Part shown: piece after piece, positions 10,001-19,406 of the stretch | How the letters are laid out: each line of letters begins with the position of its first letter | How positions within the stretch are numbered: the first letter of the stretch is position 1 | Source of the DNA: Candidatus Micrarchaeia archaeon | GTDB taxonomy: Archaea > Micrarchaeota > Micrarchaeia > CABMEP01 | Length of the DNA stretch: 64,000 bases | Reading direction: 5' to 3' | Assembly (NCBI GenBank): GCA_038881595.1 | Contig: JAVZPM010000001.1 | Span: 256,001 to 320,000 of the forward strand | The notes under the pieces: model-generated | What the model was told of the DNA's origin: nothing | What the model saw: only the letters and a program-made list of their open reading frames with translations | The model's database searches: none | Made by a program: the position numbers and the translations under genes

Positions 10001-13000
10001 CCAATCGAACCTTATACTTCAATACTTTATGAAAATAATACAAACAAGACAATCGTGATTACTTTTGCAGATACAAATGAATTCATACTAAAGAACCCAT
10101 TGAACAACCAAACATTAGACCTTCCAACTCAAGTTATTCATGGAGATCTATCTTCTCAAATTCTTTACGATATGAGAAAATATGCAGATGAAGGAGCAAT
10201 GTCATTGCTTATTCCTTCATTCCATAATGTCACAGTAAAGTTACATTCCTCTGTTTTCTCTCCATCTGAAGCATTAATACCTGCAGGAAGCACAATTACA
10301 TTTACTAATAAAGATGTAATAGATCATACAATTGATTTAATTAAAAATGAAAGTGATATCATCTCTTCAAGATCTTTTACCCTTCTACCCTTGCAATCAA
10401 ATTCAACTTCAGATACACCAAAGAATACAACATTTACTTTTTATGATCAGCTTTCTAATATGAAAGGAAATATCACAACCATTGCTTATGATGCAAATAT
10501 TGGGATAATATCAACACTAATTTATCCAGAATATGGAATGGTTGCAGTTGGCAGACCCGTTAAATTCAATAATTATGATTCAGATTCGGATTACAGGGTT
10601 GAGATTAAACTTACAGATGATTTAAACATCGAACATACATATAGCTTAAACCTTCCTAAATATACAAATGGAATTCCAGGGTTTGCAACTTGGATTCCAG
10701 ACAAGGCTGGAAATGCAACTTATATAGTTAGAAATAATACATTCATTGTTGGAACTGGTAATATAATTGTAAGGAATTCAATTATCAATATTTCTATTAG
10801 AAATGGGGAGTTTGAAACGAAATCAATCGCTGTTGACCATAATAGTAAGGTATGCTTTATTCCAGACTCACCGAGAAAAATCTCAATTACTAATCTAGAT
10901 ACTGGTGAAAAGATAGCTGAAAGAACTATTTATCCATTAGGTATTCAAGCAACAGATTTAAGTAGTGCTTGTAAAAGAATTTATAACTGTTCTGCAAAAC
11001 AGCAGACTGGGGATTATGGGTGTATAGGAATAGTAAACGAGTCAGATCCTTCTACATACTGCTCTTATTACTTAACTAACCCTTCAATAGCATGTAAATT
11101 AGATAATAATATTTCATGCATTGTAAAAGACCAATATTCAAGAGATTTAGAATGTACGACAGATTATTCTAAAGATACTCAACCTGCATTGCCAGGAATT
11201 CAACCACAATGTTTGTTCAAAGCAAGATTGGATGGAGAAGCATGCAATGGTGGTTCTGTAATTAAGAATTCTTCTTTAGCTTCGATAATTAATTGTTCAG
11301 TTTCAAATAACGGTCAGCTTCAATTTAACTATTTTGAAGGAAAAGAAAAAACAGATACTTCTAATTTGTTATGCAATGTTCAAAAATCTGATAATACTGT
11401 GTCATGCATTCCAACAGGATTATACTCAGACGTAGGTTGCATCAAAAATTCATCAGCAGATTCTTACTGCTATTATACACCTTCACCATTAACATCTCTA
11501 GAAAAGTCTAATCCATATACATTAACTGATAATCGTTTCTGTTCAGTAACAACTGCCCAAAGAACTGAAAGATATTATACAACATATGCATGTGATATAG
11601 GTTACGATGGTGTGTGTACATGCCCAACTGATAAAATGTGTGGTGCCTTACCATGCGATGGAAGCAGTGTTCTTGCAAGTATGTTTTATAAAAAATCTTC
11701 TTCTTGTACATTATTTGATAGGAATGCATTAAATTGTTCTGGAAATAGAGTAGTTGATACATGTTTAAAAACAGGACAATATAATTTCGTTTTTCCAGCT
11801 TTAGATAATCCAAACTTTACTATATATATGAAACCAGGTGTAGGTTTCAAGGCATGCAAATGCTATGCAGCTAACCAAAGAATAGTTACATATGCAAATT
11901 CATGTAGTGTTAAGACTGGAGGAAGTTCAATCACTCCATTTCCAAGCAATTGTATTTTGCAGTCTGAGAAATGTATGTTCTCTTCACCATCTGTATTTTT
12001 GTGTAGTAGTGAAGAAAATTGTCCATGTAAATTTGGATGTGGAAAGAAAGTTAACTATTCAACACTAGGAAACATAGATTGTATTCAAACCCCTGGAGGT
12101 TGTAGAATAATATCGAATTATAATTTAGATAATGGTAATTACTGTAAATATGTATATACTCAAACATGCACACCTAAACAAGGATATGAAGATAAAGTAT
12201 CATGCAAATTTGATGGAACATCATGTTTAATATCAGAAGGAAAGAAAATAAGAGATGATGGTTCACATTGTAAGTTGGATTTATTTTCATGTGAACCATC
12301 TTATTTAGGTGTTAATTGCAGTTTTGATGCATCAACACAATCATGTAAAGTTAGTTCTATCGAGCAATTCTGTTTCACACCAGCTTCAACTTATATCGTT
12401 GAGGATGTAGATACTGGAAATATAATGATAGTTGAAGGTTACGATAGATATACTCCATTAGAAATAGATATTCAAAAATCTATGTTCACTCCTTCCTTTG
12501 TTACCACATCCCCATTAAGTGATGTATGTTTCCAAAGTCTTGATGGAAAAATGCACAGAGTTTTAGTTCCAGAGATAGTAAAAAGTGAAGGTTTTATCGA
12601 TGTTTATCAAGATAGGCAAACATGTCTTAATTTCCCATACAATTCAGAACCATGGACTGTAAGGCTGCAGGACAAGCCAGATGTTGCATTAGGCATTAAA
12701 TCAATAAAACAAGATATAGAAGTAGTTGTCAAGTCACAGATGTTTGATCCTTCTGATCTGATTCTTAGACCCAATACATCTATTACATTTATTAACACTG
12801 ATTCAGAACCGCATCAACTTAACAAAGCAATACCATCTACAAATTTTGCTAAACTTATTTTACAAAATAACATTTTAACAAGCGATTCATTCTTTTACAA
12901 TATATTAAAAGCAGAATGGATGGATAAGATCGAATGTAAGGATGATTCGGACTGTCCGGAAGGTTCATTCTGCGATGTAGAAAAAAGATGTCATTCTATT

Positions 13001-15421
13001 AAATTCTGCATGAGGGATGAGGAGTGTCCATCTCCATCTATTTGTCATAATTATCATTGTATTCTTACAAAACAGTGCCAAACTGATTTAGATTGTGGAG
13101 TTAATAGTAAATGTATTGATGATGGAACTGGAATTAAGAAGTGTATAACATTAGATATTCAATGTTCAGATTCATTTGATTGCTACTCTTCAGATCCAAA
13201 TTCAATTTGTATTAATAACAAGTGCACACGCATATTAAATTGTACTAATTCATTGGATTGTCCATCTGGATTTGTATGTTCATCTCAAATATGCACCATG
13301 ATTAAAAATTGTACAAATAATAGCGAGTGCCCACCGAATTCAGTATGTAATCAAGGTAAATGCTCTATACCAACAATCAATAATTGTAGCTTAGACAGTG
13401 ATTGTCCGAATGGAATGTACTGCACTATTGTAGATAGAACTGAAGAGGGCGAAGATGTAAAGGTATGCACTTCAAGTCCATGCATTTCAAATTCGGATTG
13501 TAGCGAAGAGAGAAGTACAGCATGTATAACCAACTTCATTACTGGTGAAAATAATTGTACGCTTTATAATTCATCTTATGCAGAACCTTTATGCACAAGC
13601 GATGCAGACTGCTCTGAAGGTGGTTGCATTGATGGAAGATGTGTTATTTCAAAGAATTGTTCACATGATTCTGAGTGTGGCATTATAAATGGTATTCAAT
13701 CAGTATGTGAATCTTCTGTCTGTAAGATCCCAGTTAAATGTTCTAATTTAGCAGATTGTAGATCTGGAGAAATATGTCAAGATGGATTCTGCAGAATATT
13801 CCATAATAAGATTTGCACTACAGATTCAGAATGTAATACTGATGAAATTTGCAAAGAAATGAAGTGTATAAAGAAGCAGAATTGTTCTTCTACTACAGTT
13901 TGTAATTTATTACAAAGTGGTGCAGCCTGTACAAATGCTTCTTCATCTTCTCCGGCATTCTGTCAATCATCTGCAAATTGTACAAGCGATGCATTTTGTG
14001 CATCGAACCAGTATTGTGATCTAGGTTTAAAGCAGTGTATTACTTATCCTAAGACAACATGTGGTTCGCCAGTATATGGATCGGATGTTAGTCAGGTTAA
14101 TGTTTCATTTAATCTACCATCATCTACATATAAAGCATATTTAATTTATTCTTTCAACGATAATGGAAATATATTATTAAATGGACAAACTATTTTACCG
14201 ACAACTAAATTTAGATGCCAGTATTCGACAGTGTCTGGTGTTACATATATTGATAACTATTCTCAAACTCAACAATGGAAAATACCTTTAGGTTTGCTTA
14301 AGTTAGGAAATGAAGAAAATAATATGTCAATTACAACATGCAGTTGTTCAGGTCAAAAAGGATTTAACATTTCAATACTTTATTATTATGTTTCCCCAGA
14401 AGGAATCAGACAAGAGTCAATTATAATAGATCCAAATTCAAAAATTCAGATCTTTTCACCACAACAATCTGAAGAACTAGTATATATTGATAATAAGACA
14501 AAGAACGTGCTTCCAATCTCTGTGAAGTCCATTGTAGATATAGCAGGAAATGTTAATTGTTCAGCTGACTTATCTTCAATGGCTCTGGCAATTGCAAGCT
14601 ATGAAAGACTTGATTATGCTACCCAGGCATGCGATTCAGGAAAGCAGATTGAATGTGCATCTTATAATCCATACGGTCCTGCAACAGTAACATTCTTTGC
14701 CTCAGAATCTGGATTAAACCTTTCAAATGAATCTGAAAGACTGTGTGCATTCCAACAACTTGCATCTGTAAAGAATATATGCCCAAATTGTACAACTGTT
14801 CTAAATGTCGGAGATGTAAACATTACACAGCTTAATAATATTTTAATTTCAGCAAATTCAACCCTAATATTTGGTAAAAATGCAATCGATTTTGTAGATG
14901 TAATAGGCTATGATGAATTCCTTAACAATTATCCATCTTGTAGCTTTGAAGACATAATGAATTCAATAGTAAACAAATCAAAACTTGGTTTATACAATTA
15001 CACAAAGCCATCAATAATAATGAGATTTGGATTAAAGGATGGAGTCTCATTAAGTAATCCAGCATGCAACTGGACAGATGAATCTATTATAACAGCATAC
15101 CAAGATTTCTATGGAATATGGATTCCAATTCTTGCAGGTTCTGGTGTGCTTGGAACAGCCCAATACTGCTTGACAGATCCATGCCCGTCATTTGATTTCT
15201 ATGGTCTTCTTACCTCAGGAAAGACAAACAAGCCATGGACAGATGCATGGTTCAGGGAAGGATGCGGAAGATATTATTATGCAGCTGAAGGATTATCATT
15301 TACAACCTTTTCAATGAAGGAAACAAACTATTCAATGTGTGATCCATCAAAGATGCTTGCCTTACTTCAGACTGTTCAATGTGCGGTTGGCAAGTATACA
15401 TTAAAATCAGGAACAAGTTAA
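7046..15421 (+). CDS. Giant surface (lipo)protein with cupredoxin-like repeats, Cys-rich repeats and a C-terminal glycoside-hydrolase-like region
   Basis: 2791-aa ORF; lipobox-like LVSG-C; about 10 F-x-P...G...N-x-D...H units; 14 CxxDxDC-type repeats; many sequons. Confidence 0.85.
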   Translation: MNKSEMKKEIKIKPSSFSNIMVFLIIFSLMFILVSGCIELKPREGISTTVPVTVTKGSDVCVGYNESTCGAFLKEKRTAISDYICKGPIGPSYSKMDEVTYSLSVEKGWSCEETKTYLVLAGNNYILSGSGHMGNPHGGSITLEDSRNVVSPISYGMNNLTLKCYVNVSVSVSKGKYERGSFTLKFDGSSDILSPGDRFDGQYSFFVLPLTLTQENNKLVGNLSFLGTWTVTGKEYGSWPNKKHKSDMDVSYFISCTPFASYNINWRCKNTYTLESYDFVNCSYDEFSTFQGGRTFLDNNTPFSKLSNYIQSYYGTYSYNPITKETKPAGKIQVPFFMLGQGPSFQDYEEAKKLCVPWKETIVNVSLGNTTFDPPFLTIPAGLELCIDNKDNKRHDITIINLQDQSIIKQYILQPKQFSCYLPYEGFYHIKDSNGDYAYLSVLKATDTTQIYIGRNIVPNYTVVNEGGFVNFSLIERKEHNLSMRSVNRFDDYIYENNFTLNLSNPVETIRAPQTGEYRINDITTDKTSYLFVQSPLQRFLFKRDGTIDPGYEIYRPLGDLICFRSETEGLNISISRYTETENGYEWIWLTNETLSTNSYCCIQGALPGKYQGITTDGRVANWTIGSGKPSAIVSIQPIGFEPEEVESPPGTKICWVNPSAISRNIITKSSSGKTFFSGQIPPFSDNVCWPTMNKTDSYVTTFVPNLDVRNIVNIKEVDSRNIQILSGGAGFDTISLIVKPGSQICWINNDNKNHTLKDENGNYILLAPSQTNCIDKTTMQEGNIYTRQLDEKEIYSDVGVIDGKGAILSPRGPIPFSLFVNPPNVNMTQSGELYITSPSYFKIINKQSVPSELYEISYIILSANSTGLADIVKTENEITIISSPVKSYTKLLLYVENTDDKNHTIRVESNGDEINILPNSFYLFEISQSTVLTDLTVKENLTRGGITNQTIINALSQIPINIIGPSEIKLNKSGSNGDSLILAAPIEPYTSILYENNTNKTIVITFADTNEFILKNPLNNQTLDLPTQVIHGDLSSQILYDMRKYADEGAMSLLIPSFHNVTVKLHSSVFSPSEALIPAGSTITFTNKDVIDHTIDLIKNESDIISSRSFTLLPLQSNSTSDTPKNTTFTFYDQLSNMKGNITTIAYDANIGIISTLIYPEYGMVAVGRPVKFNNYDSDSDYRVEIKLTDDLNIEHTYSLNLPKYTNGIPGFATWIPDKAGNATYIVRNNTFIVGTGNIIVRNSIINISIRNGEFETKSIAVDHNSKVCFIPDSPRKISITNLDTGEKIAERTIYPLGIQATDLSSACKRIYNCSAKQQTGDYGCIGIVNESDPSTYCSYYLTNPSIACKLDNNISCIVKDQYSRDLECTTDYSKDTQPALPGIQPQCLFKARLDGEACNGGSVIKNSSLASIINCSVSNNGQLQFNYFEGKEKTDTSNLLCNVQKSDNTVSCIPTGLYSDVGCIKNSSADSYCYYTPSPLTSLEKSNPYTLTDNRFCSVTTAQRTERYYTTYACDIGYDGVCTCPTDKMCGALPCDGSSVLASMFYKKSSSCTLFDRNALNCSGNRVVDTCLKTGQYNFVFPALDNPNFTIYMKPGVGFKACKCYAANQRIVTYANSCSVKTGGSSITPFPSNCILQSEKCMFSSPSVFLCSSEENCPCKFGCGKKVNYSTLGNIDCIQTPGGCRIISNYNLDNGNYCKYVYTQTCTPKQGYEDKVSCKFDGTSCLISEGKKIRDDGSHCKLDLFSCEPSYLGVNCSFDASTQSCKVSSIEQFCFTPASTYIVEDVDTGNIMIVEGYDRYTPLEIDIQKSMFTPSFVTTSPLSDVCFQSLDGKMHRVLVPEIVKSEGFIDVYQDRQTCLNFPYNSEPWTVRLQDKPDVALGIKSIKQDIEVVVKSQMFDPSDLILRPNTSITFINTDSEPHQLNKAIPSTNFAKLILQNNILTSDSFFYNILKAEWMDKIECKDDSDCPEGSFCDVEKRCHSIKFCMRDEECPSPSICHNYHCILTKQCQTDLDCGVNSKCIDDGTGIKKCITLDIQCSDSFDCYSSDPNSICINNKCTRILNCTNSLDCPSGFVCSSQICTMIKNCTNNSECPPNSVCNQGKCSIPTINNCSLDSDCPNGMYCTIVDRTEEGEDVKVCTSSPCISNSDCSEERSTACITNFITGENNCTLYNSSYAEPLCTSDADCSEGGCIDGRCVISKNCSHDSECGIINGIQSVCESSVCKIPVKCSNLADCRSGEICQDGFCRIFHNKICTTDSECNTDEICKEMKCIKKQNCSSTTVCNLLQSGAACTNASSSSPAFCQSSANCTSDAFCASNQYCDLGLKQCITYPKTTCGSPVYGSDVSQVNVSFNLPSSTYKAYLIYSFNDNGNILLNGQTILPTTKFRCQYSTVSGVTYIDNYSQTQQWKIPLGLLKLGNEENNMSITTCSCSGQKGFNISILYYYVSPEGIRQESIIIDPNSKIQIFSPQQSEELVYIDNKTKNVLPISVKSIVDIAGNVNCSADLSSMALAIASYERLDYATQACDSGKQIECASYNPYGPATVTFFASESGLNLSNESERLCAFQQLASVKNICPNCTTVLNVGDVNITQLNNILISANSTLIFGKNAIDFVDVIGYDEFLNNYPSCSFEDIMNSIVNKSKLGLYNYTKPSIIMRFGLKDGVSLSNPACNWTDESIITAYQDFYGIWIPILAGSGVLGTAQYCLTDPCPSFDFYGLLTSGKTNKPWTDAWFREGCGRYYYAAEGLSFTTFSMKETNYSMCDPSKMLALLQTVQCAVGKYTLKSGTS
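12935..14038 (+). repeat. 14 tandem four-Cys protein repeats within the giant protein
   Basis: From CKDDSDCPEGSFC to CTSDAFCASNQYCDLGLKQC; degenerate at DNA level. Confidence 0.85.
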
Positions 15422-15460
15422 TGAATAGACATCCAATAATAGTTTTTGATCTTTATCTTA

Positions 15461-16843
15461 TTATTGTTTTATTATCTGATAAATTCTGAATCTAGAATTA
15501 TTGGAACTTTTTATTTCTTTTATTTCATAGCCAGATAAACTTCCAAATTGATTTGGATAAAGAACCTTAAAGATATTCTTATTAGAATCAGACATAGGAT
15601 GTATATATCTGAAGTAAGAAGAGTCTGAAGAATTCAGGATAAGAAGCTTGAAGTATGAATCTTCAGCTCCGTTTATAATTATCCTGTTACTTAGGATGTT
15701 ACCTGCAGAGTCTGTTGGTATTAAAAGATAATCATGCTTGTAAGTCAGATAGGTTTGATAATATGTATCTCCTTGCCTTTGGATTCCAGCGAATGCAAAG
15801 GTTTCAAAAGTAACTGTAGCATTAACTAGTTTTGCATATTCCTTTGGATAATCAAGTATAAACGTATCAATTATAAGATAATCAAAGCTTGGGGTTCTGT
15901 TTGTGAACAAGAAAAGAAATGCTTCATTAGTTAAGACATTCTTTCCAGTTTCAACTGTGGATATTTTACTTATATTATTTCCATACACTGAAGCAAACGC
16001 AATTCTTCCATCCATGTCATTTATCAATGACAATATATTAACAGTATCTAGATCAACAGTTTGTTTGTTCAACATGCTTGCAATTGCATATTCTATTGAT
16101 ATCATTATGAGAGTTACAGTCAATAAATAAAGTAATGTATGCTTATTTTCGAATGCAAGCATTACAACTGCTATTACAAGACCTATCAAAATAGATAAAC
16201 CAATAGCACCTACTCCTGAGCCAAGTATTATCAAAGATATAACTGCAGCAATCGCACCACCAGCTATGGTGCTTAATATTCCCCTGTCTTTTATTTTATT
16301 TATTCTGCTGAATCCGTCTGCATTGAGTATGAATAAGACAGGTAGCGCGATGAGTGGCATGAAGAATGATGCAATTAATGCTGTAATTCCCGTAAATACA
16401 TATTTCATTTTTTTATCTGAATATAATACATAGATAGAAAGCAAAGACAAAGGAAGCAATGGAAGTATTTGATATATCTTTTCAAATCCGAATGAAGGAG
16501 TTGAAAAACCTCCCATCAATAGGAAAGTTAAATCTGATATTCCAACTGAGAAATTGTTTATGAATGCATATGAAGAGACCATTAGCAATGAAGATACGAA
16601 GACCGGAAGTTCGGATTGTTTGAAAACAACTCTTGATATAATATATACAATAAATGCAAAAACAATACCTATGAAAAGAGATAGATTAGATACCTCAATC
16701 ATCTTTTCCTTTCCCATGTTTAGACTTGAAGCTCGTTCATAAGTCAAAACACCAGGGTTAGAAACTAACCCTAATAAGAAATAGGTATATAATAATATTA
16801 TAACGAGATTCAAAACATCTTTCTTTGTAAATATGTTCTGCAT
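15461..16843 (-). CDS. Multi-pass membrane protein with soluble C-terminal domain, possibly degenerate AglB/STT3-like
   Basis: About 8 TM helices, then a domain with FDYLIID and terminal FRIYQI reminiscent of AglB C-domains; no WWDYG. Confidence 0.55.
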   Translation of the reverse strand: MQNIFTKKDVLNLVIILLYTYFLLGLVSNPGVLTYERASSLNMGKEKMIEVSNLSLFIGIVFAFIVYIISRVVFKQSELPVFVSSLLMVSSYAFINNFSVGISDLTFLLMGGFSTPSFGFEKIYQILPLLPLSLLSIYVLYSDKKMKYVFTGITALIASFFMPLIALPVLFILNADGFSRINKIKDRGILSTIAGGAIAAVISLIILGSGVGAIGLSILIGLVIAVVMLAFENKHTLLYLLTVTLIMISIEYAIASMLNKQTVDLDTVNILSLINDMDGRIAFASVYGNNISKISTVETGKNVLTNEAFLFLFTNRTPSFDYLIIDTFILDYPKEYAKLVNATVTFETFAFAGIQRQGDTYYQTYLTYKHDYLLIPTDSAGNILSNRIIINGAEDSYFKLLILNSSDSSYFRYIHPMSDSNKNIFKVLYPNQFGSLSGYEIKEIKSSNNSRFRIYQIIKQ

Positions 16844-16884
16844 TCAATCATCATTGTTTTTTTGCAATAGAATAAGAATGATAA

Positions 16885-17001
16885 TGTCAGCAGCAATGCA
16901 TCTTCCCCTCCGACAGGAGAGTACAAATAACATCGTGAACCGGCTTAGCTTCCGAGTTCGGAATGGGATCGGGCGTTTCCCGGTTCCTATGGCCGCTGAC
17001 A
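16885..17001 (-). rRNA. rrf: 5S rRNA (stand-alone)
   Basis: Minus strand reads TGTCAGCGGCCATAG...CCCGATCCCATTCCGAACTCGGAAGCTAAG...GCTGCTGACA: hallmark 5S motifs and paired termini. Confidence 0.95.
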
Positions 17002-17060
17002 ATATAATATAGTGTGTAATATATTTAAATGTTTCTGAAATATTATAGCTATAAAGCAAA

Positions 17061-17921
17061 CTGTTTTTATTTGAAGGTGAGGTTATTTCAAAAATAATAA
17101 GGTATGGAAAGGATCTTGCTATAATCATACCAGAAGAATTAGTAAAAAAGCTTGATCTAAGACCAGACACACCTATTAGAATTTATGAGATAACCGCGGG
17201 AACTATAGCAATCGAAAAAGTAAAACTCCTTCCTTTATCTGAATCAGACATCAACATTTTGAATAAGCTTCTTCAGATTAAATTCGAAGAAAGAACTCCT
17301 GAGGTTGTAAGAAAATCATTCTCTCAAGAAGAATTGAAACTACTTGACGAACTTGTGAAGAAACACCTTGTGAATATTTACTATGGTGGGAAATATCTAA
17401 AGACAGGTGTTTATCAAGTTCCTAACCTTGTTTACAGACAGCTTCTTGAAAAGAGGCAAGAGACAGCCAAACCAAAGGAAGGTATGGAAGAGAAAGAGCA
17501 AATTTCTCAACCAAAGGAGCAAGAAAAACAGAAGAAAGAATCAAAAGAAAAGAAAGAACAGAAAGAGTTCAAAAAAGAGGAGACGGACCCAATAAAAAGA
17601 CTGAATAAGAATGGCTATCTTGTTCTTCAATCCGAAGCAGATGCAAGAGAGATCTCAAAGCTTCTTGAGGATAAAATTCAGCAAAATCAAGTTACAGGAA
17701 TAAGAGGATTCGATAAAAAATACTATCTTGTTAAGAATTCTTTTGTTCTTAAATTTCAATCCAAGATAAAATCAGTATTGAAATCTGGCCCTAAACAGGC
17801 TGACAAAATAGCTGAAGCATTAGGCATAGAAGAAGAGGCAGCAATCGCACTTCTCACAGTTTTAAGAGAAGAAGGAGAAATAATAGAAAAAAGAAAGGGA
17901 ACTTTTTCCTTGATAGATTGA
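17061..17921 (+). CDS. AbrB/MazE/SpoVT-type N-terminal domain protein with C-terminal winged-HTH; start codon uncertain
   Basis: Frame open from 17055 and encodes KIIRYGKDLAIIIPEELVKKLDLRPD upstream of the track's TTG at 17259; C-terminal ADKIAEALGIEEEAAIALLTVLREEGEI. Confidence 0.7.
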   Translation: MFLFEGEVISKIIRYGKDLAIIIPEELVKKLDLRPDTPIRIYEITAGTIAIEKVKLLPLSESDINILNKLLQIKFEERTPEVVRKSFSQEELKLLDELVKKHLVNIYYGGKYLKTGVYQVPNLVYRQLLEKRQETAKPKEGMEEKEQISQPKEQEKQKKESKEKKEQKEFKKEETDPIKRLNKNGYLVLQSEADAREISKLLEDKIQQNQVTGIRGFDKKYYLVKNSFVLKFQSKIKSVLKSGPKQADKIAEALGIEEEAAIALLTVLREEGEIIEKRKGTFSLID

Positions 17922-18089
17922 TTATATCTTGCCAGTAGTTATGTATCTTAAAACAAGAATAGCCACTATAAAAATAGCAGTTATAGCTATTACTATCCCT
18001 GGTTTAAGTTTTATTCCTCCACCTTCTGCTTCATAGAATCTAAATATTCCTGCAGAACCTGCTGGGGTGGATACTGTTTGTTTTGCCAT
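17922..18089 (-). CDS. secG: Preprotein translocase subunit Sec61beta/SecG
   Basis: MAKQTVSTPAGSAGIFRFYEAEGGGIKLKP plus single C-terminal TM helix. Confidence 0.9.
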   Translation of the reverse strand: MAKQTVSTPAGSAGIFRFYEAEGGGIKLKPGIVIAITAIFIVAILVLRYITTGKI

Positions 18090-18170
18090 AATAATCACTA
18101 TATTATCTATAAAATTTGTAATTATATTATACATCGTCAAGTTTATTAATTATTACGTTCATTTAATTTT

Positions 18171-19244
18171 ATGAAGCTTTTCTATGAAAGTGATTCCTCC
18201 ATATTCAAGAATGAGAATGCATTAAGCCTTGAGTATTTGCCACCAGAGATGCCTGAAAGAGAGATACAGTTAAAGGAGTTGGCATCGGCAGTTTCAGCAG
18301 CTTCAAAAGGAAAGAGAGGAAGAAACATACTAATAACAGGTCCAACAGGAAGCGGAAAAACAAGTTGTACAAAGTATGTTTTAAACCAACTTACAGAGTT
18401 CAGTAGAACACCTATAGCAATATACATCAACTGCTGGAACTTTACAACTTCAAACGCAGTGCTTTCTGAGATTGCAGAGAGGCTTAAGCTACCTCTTCCA
18501 AGAAGGGGAATAGCATTTGATGAAATCTTCAAGAGAATAAAAGAATATCTAGTTCTAAATAACAAGATTCTAATTGTAGTTCTTGATGAGGTTGATAGGC
18601 TGATAGCAAATAATTCAACTGAAATATTATATTATCTAAGCAGAGGAGATGAGCTTGCAAATGGCAGGGTTTCTGTAATCGTTATAAGCAATGACGACGA
18701 AATTGCTGCAAAACTTGATGACAGAATAAGATCATCTTTATTGGAGTCTAGGATTAAATTTGAGAAATATAATGCATTTCAGCTCAAAAAGATTTTGATG
18801 GAAAGGGCAAAGCTGGCGTTTTTCTCTTCTGCAATAAGCGAAGAGGCAGTCGCACTTTGTGCAGCAAATGCAGCAAAGCAAGGAGGAGATGCAAGAGTTG
18901 GCATTTCACTTCTTTATCAGGCAGGATTGAATGCAGAAAGAGAAGGTTCAAAGAAACTTTTATTGAAGCATGTTAAGCTTGCACTAGAAGAGGTAAAGCA
19001 AGAAACAGACTTTATAGCAAGGCATTTTGATTCTCTTTCAGATCCAGAGAAAAGAATCGTCAATCTTCTTTTATCAGGTCCTCTTACAAGTGGACAGATA
19101 TATGAAAAGCTCTCAGATCTTGGTTTAAGCAACAGGATGCTTCAATTCTACATAACAAAGCTTGAGGAATCAGGCATACTAACTTCAGAAGAGATAGATG
19201 TCAAACCTAAGGGAAGAACAAAATTAATATCTATAAGAAAATAA
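18171..19244 (+). CDS. cdc6: Orc1/Cdc6 family AAA+ ATPase
   Basis: LSLEYLP..REIQ, Walker A GPTGSGKT, YINC, Walker B VVLDEVD, GDAR, C-terminal wHTH. Confidence 0.93.
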   Translation: MKLFYESDSSIFKNENALSLEYLPPEMPEREIQLKELASAVSAASKGKRGRNILITGPTGSGKTSCTKYVLNQLTEFSRTPIAIYINCWNFTTSNAVLSEIAERLKLPLPRRGIAFDEIFKRIKEYLVLNNKILIVVLDEVDRLIANNSTEILYYLSRGDELANGRVSVIVISNDDEIAAKLDDRIRSSLLESRIKFEKYNAFQLKKILMERAKLAFFSSAISEEAVALCAANAAKQGGDARVGISLLYQAGLNAEREGSKKLLLKHVKLALEEVKQETDFIARHFDSLSDPEKRIVNLLLSGPLTSGQIYEKLSDLGLSNRMLQFYITKLEESGILTSEEIDVKPKGRTKLISIRK

Positions 19245-19406
19245 AAGTATACTGTAATTCTTAATGGAAAAAGTTTCTTAATTTTGAATCCGACGTTAAT
19301 TCGGAGCTGTTTTTCTTATAAGATGCAATAAAACCTATATCACCGGAAATTTACCCTTCCAACTAGTATTTAAATAGCCTTTGAGATTCTGTTTCGGTGA
19401 TGAAAT

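Noticed and set aside
8100..12830. Cupredoxin repeats as a multicopper electron-transfer protein
   Set aside because: The Cys/His/Met type-1 copper loop is absent from the repeats
16844..17170. 108-aa minus-strand ORF
   Set aside because: Runs through the 5S rRNA gene and antisense to the AbrB-like domain
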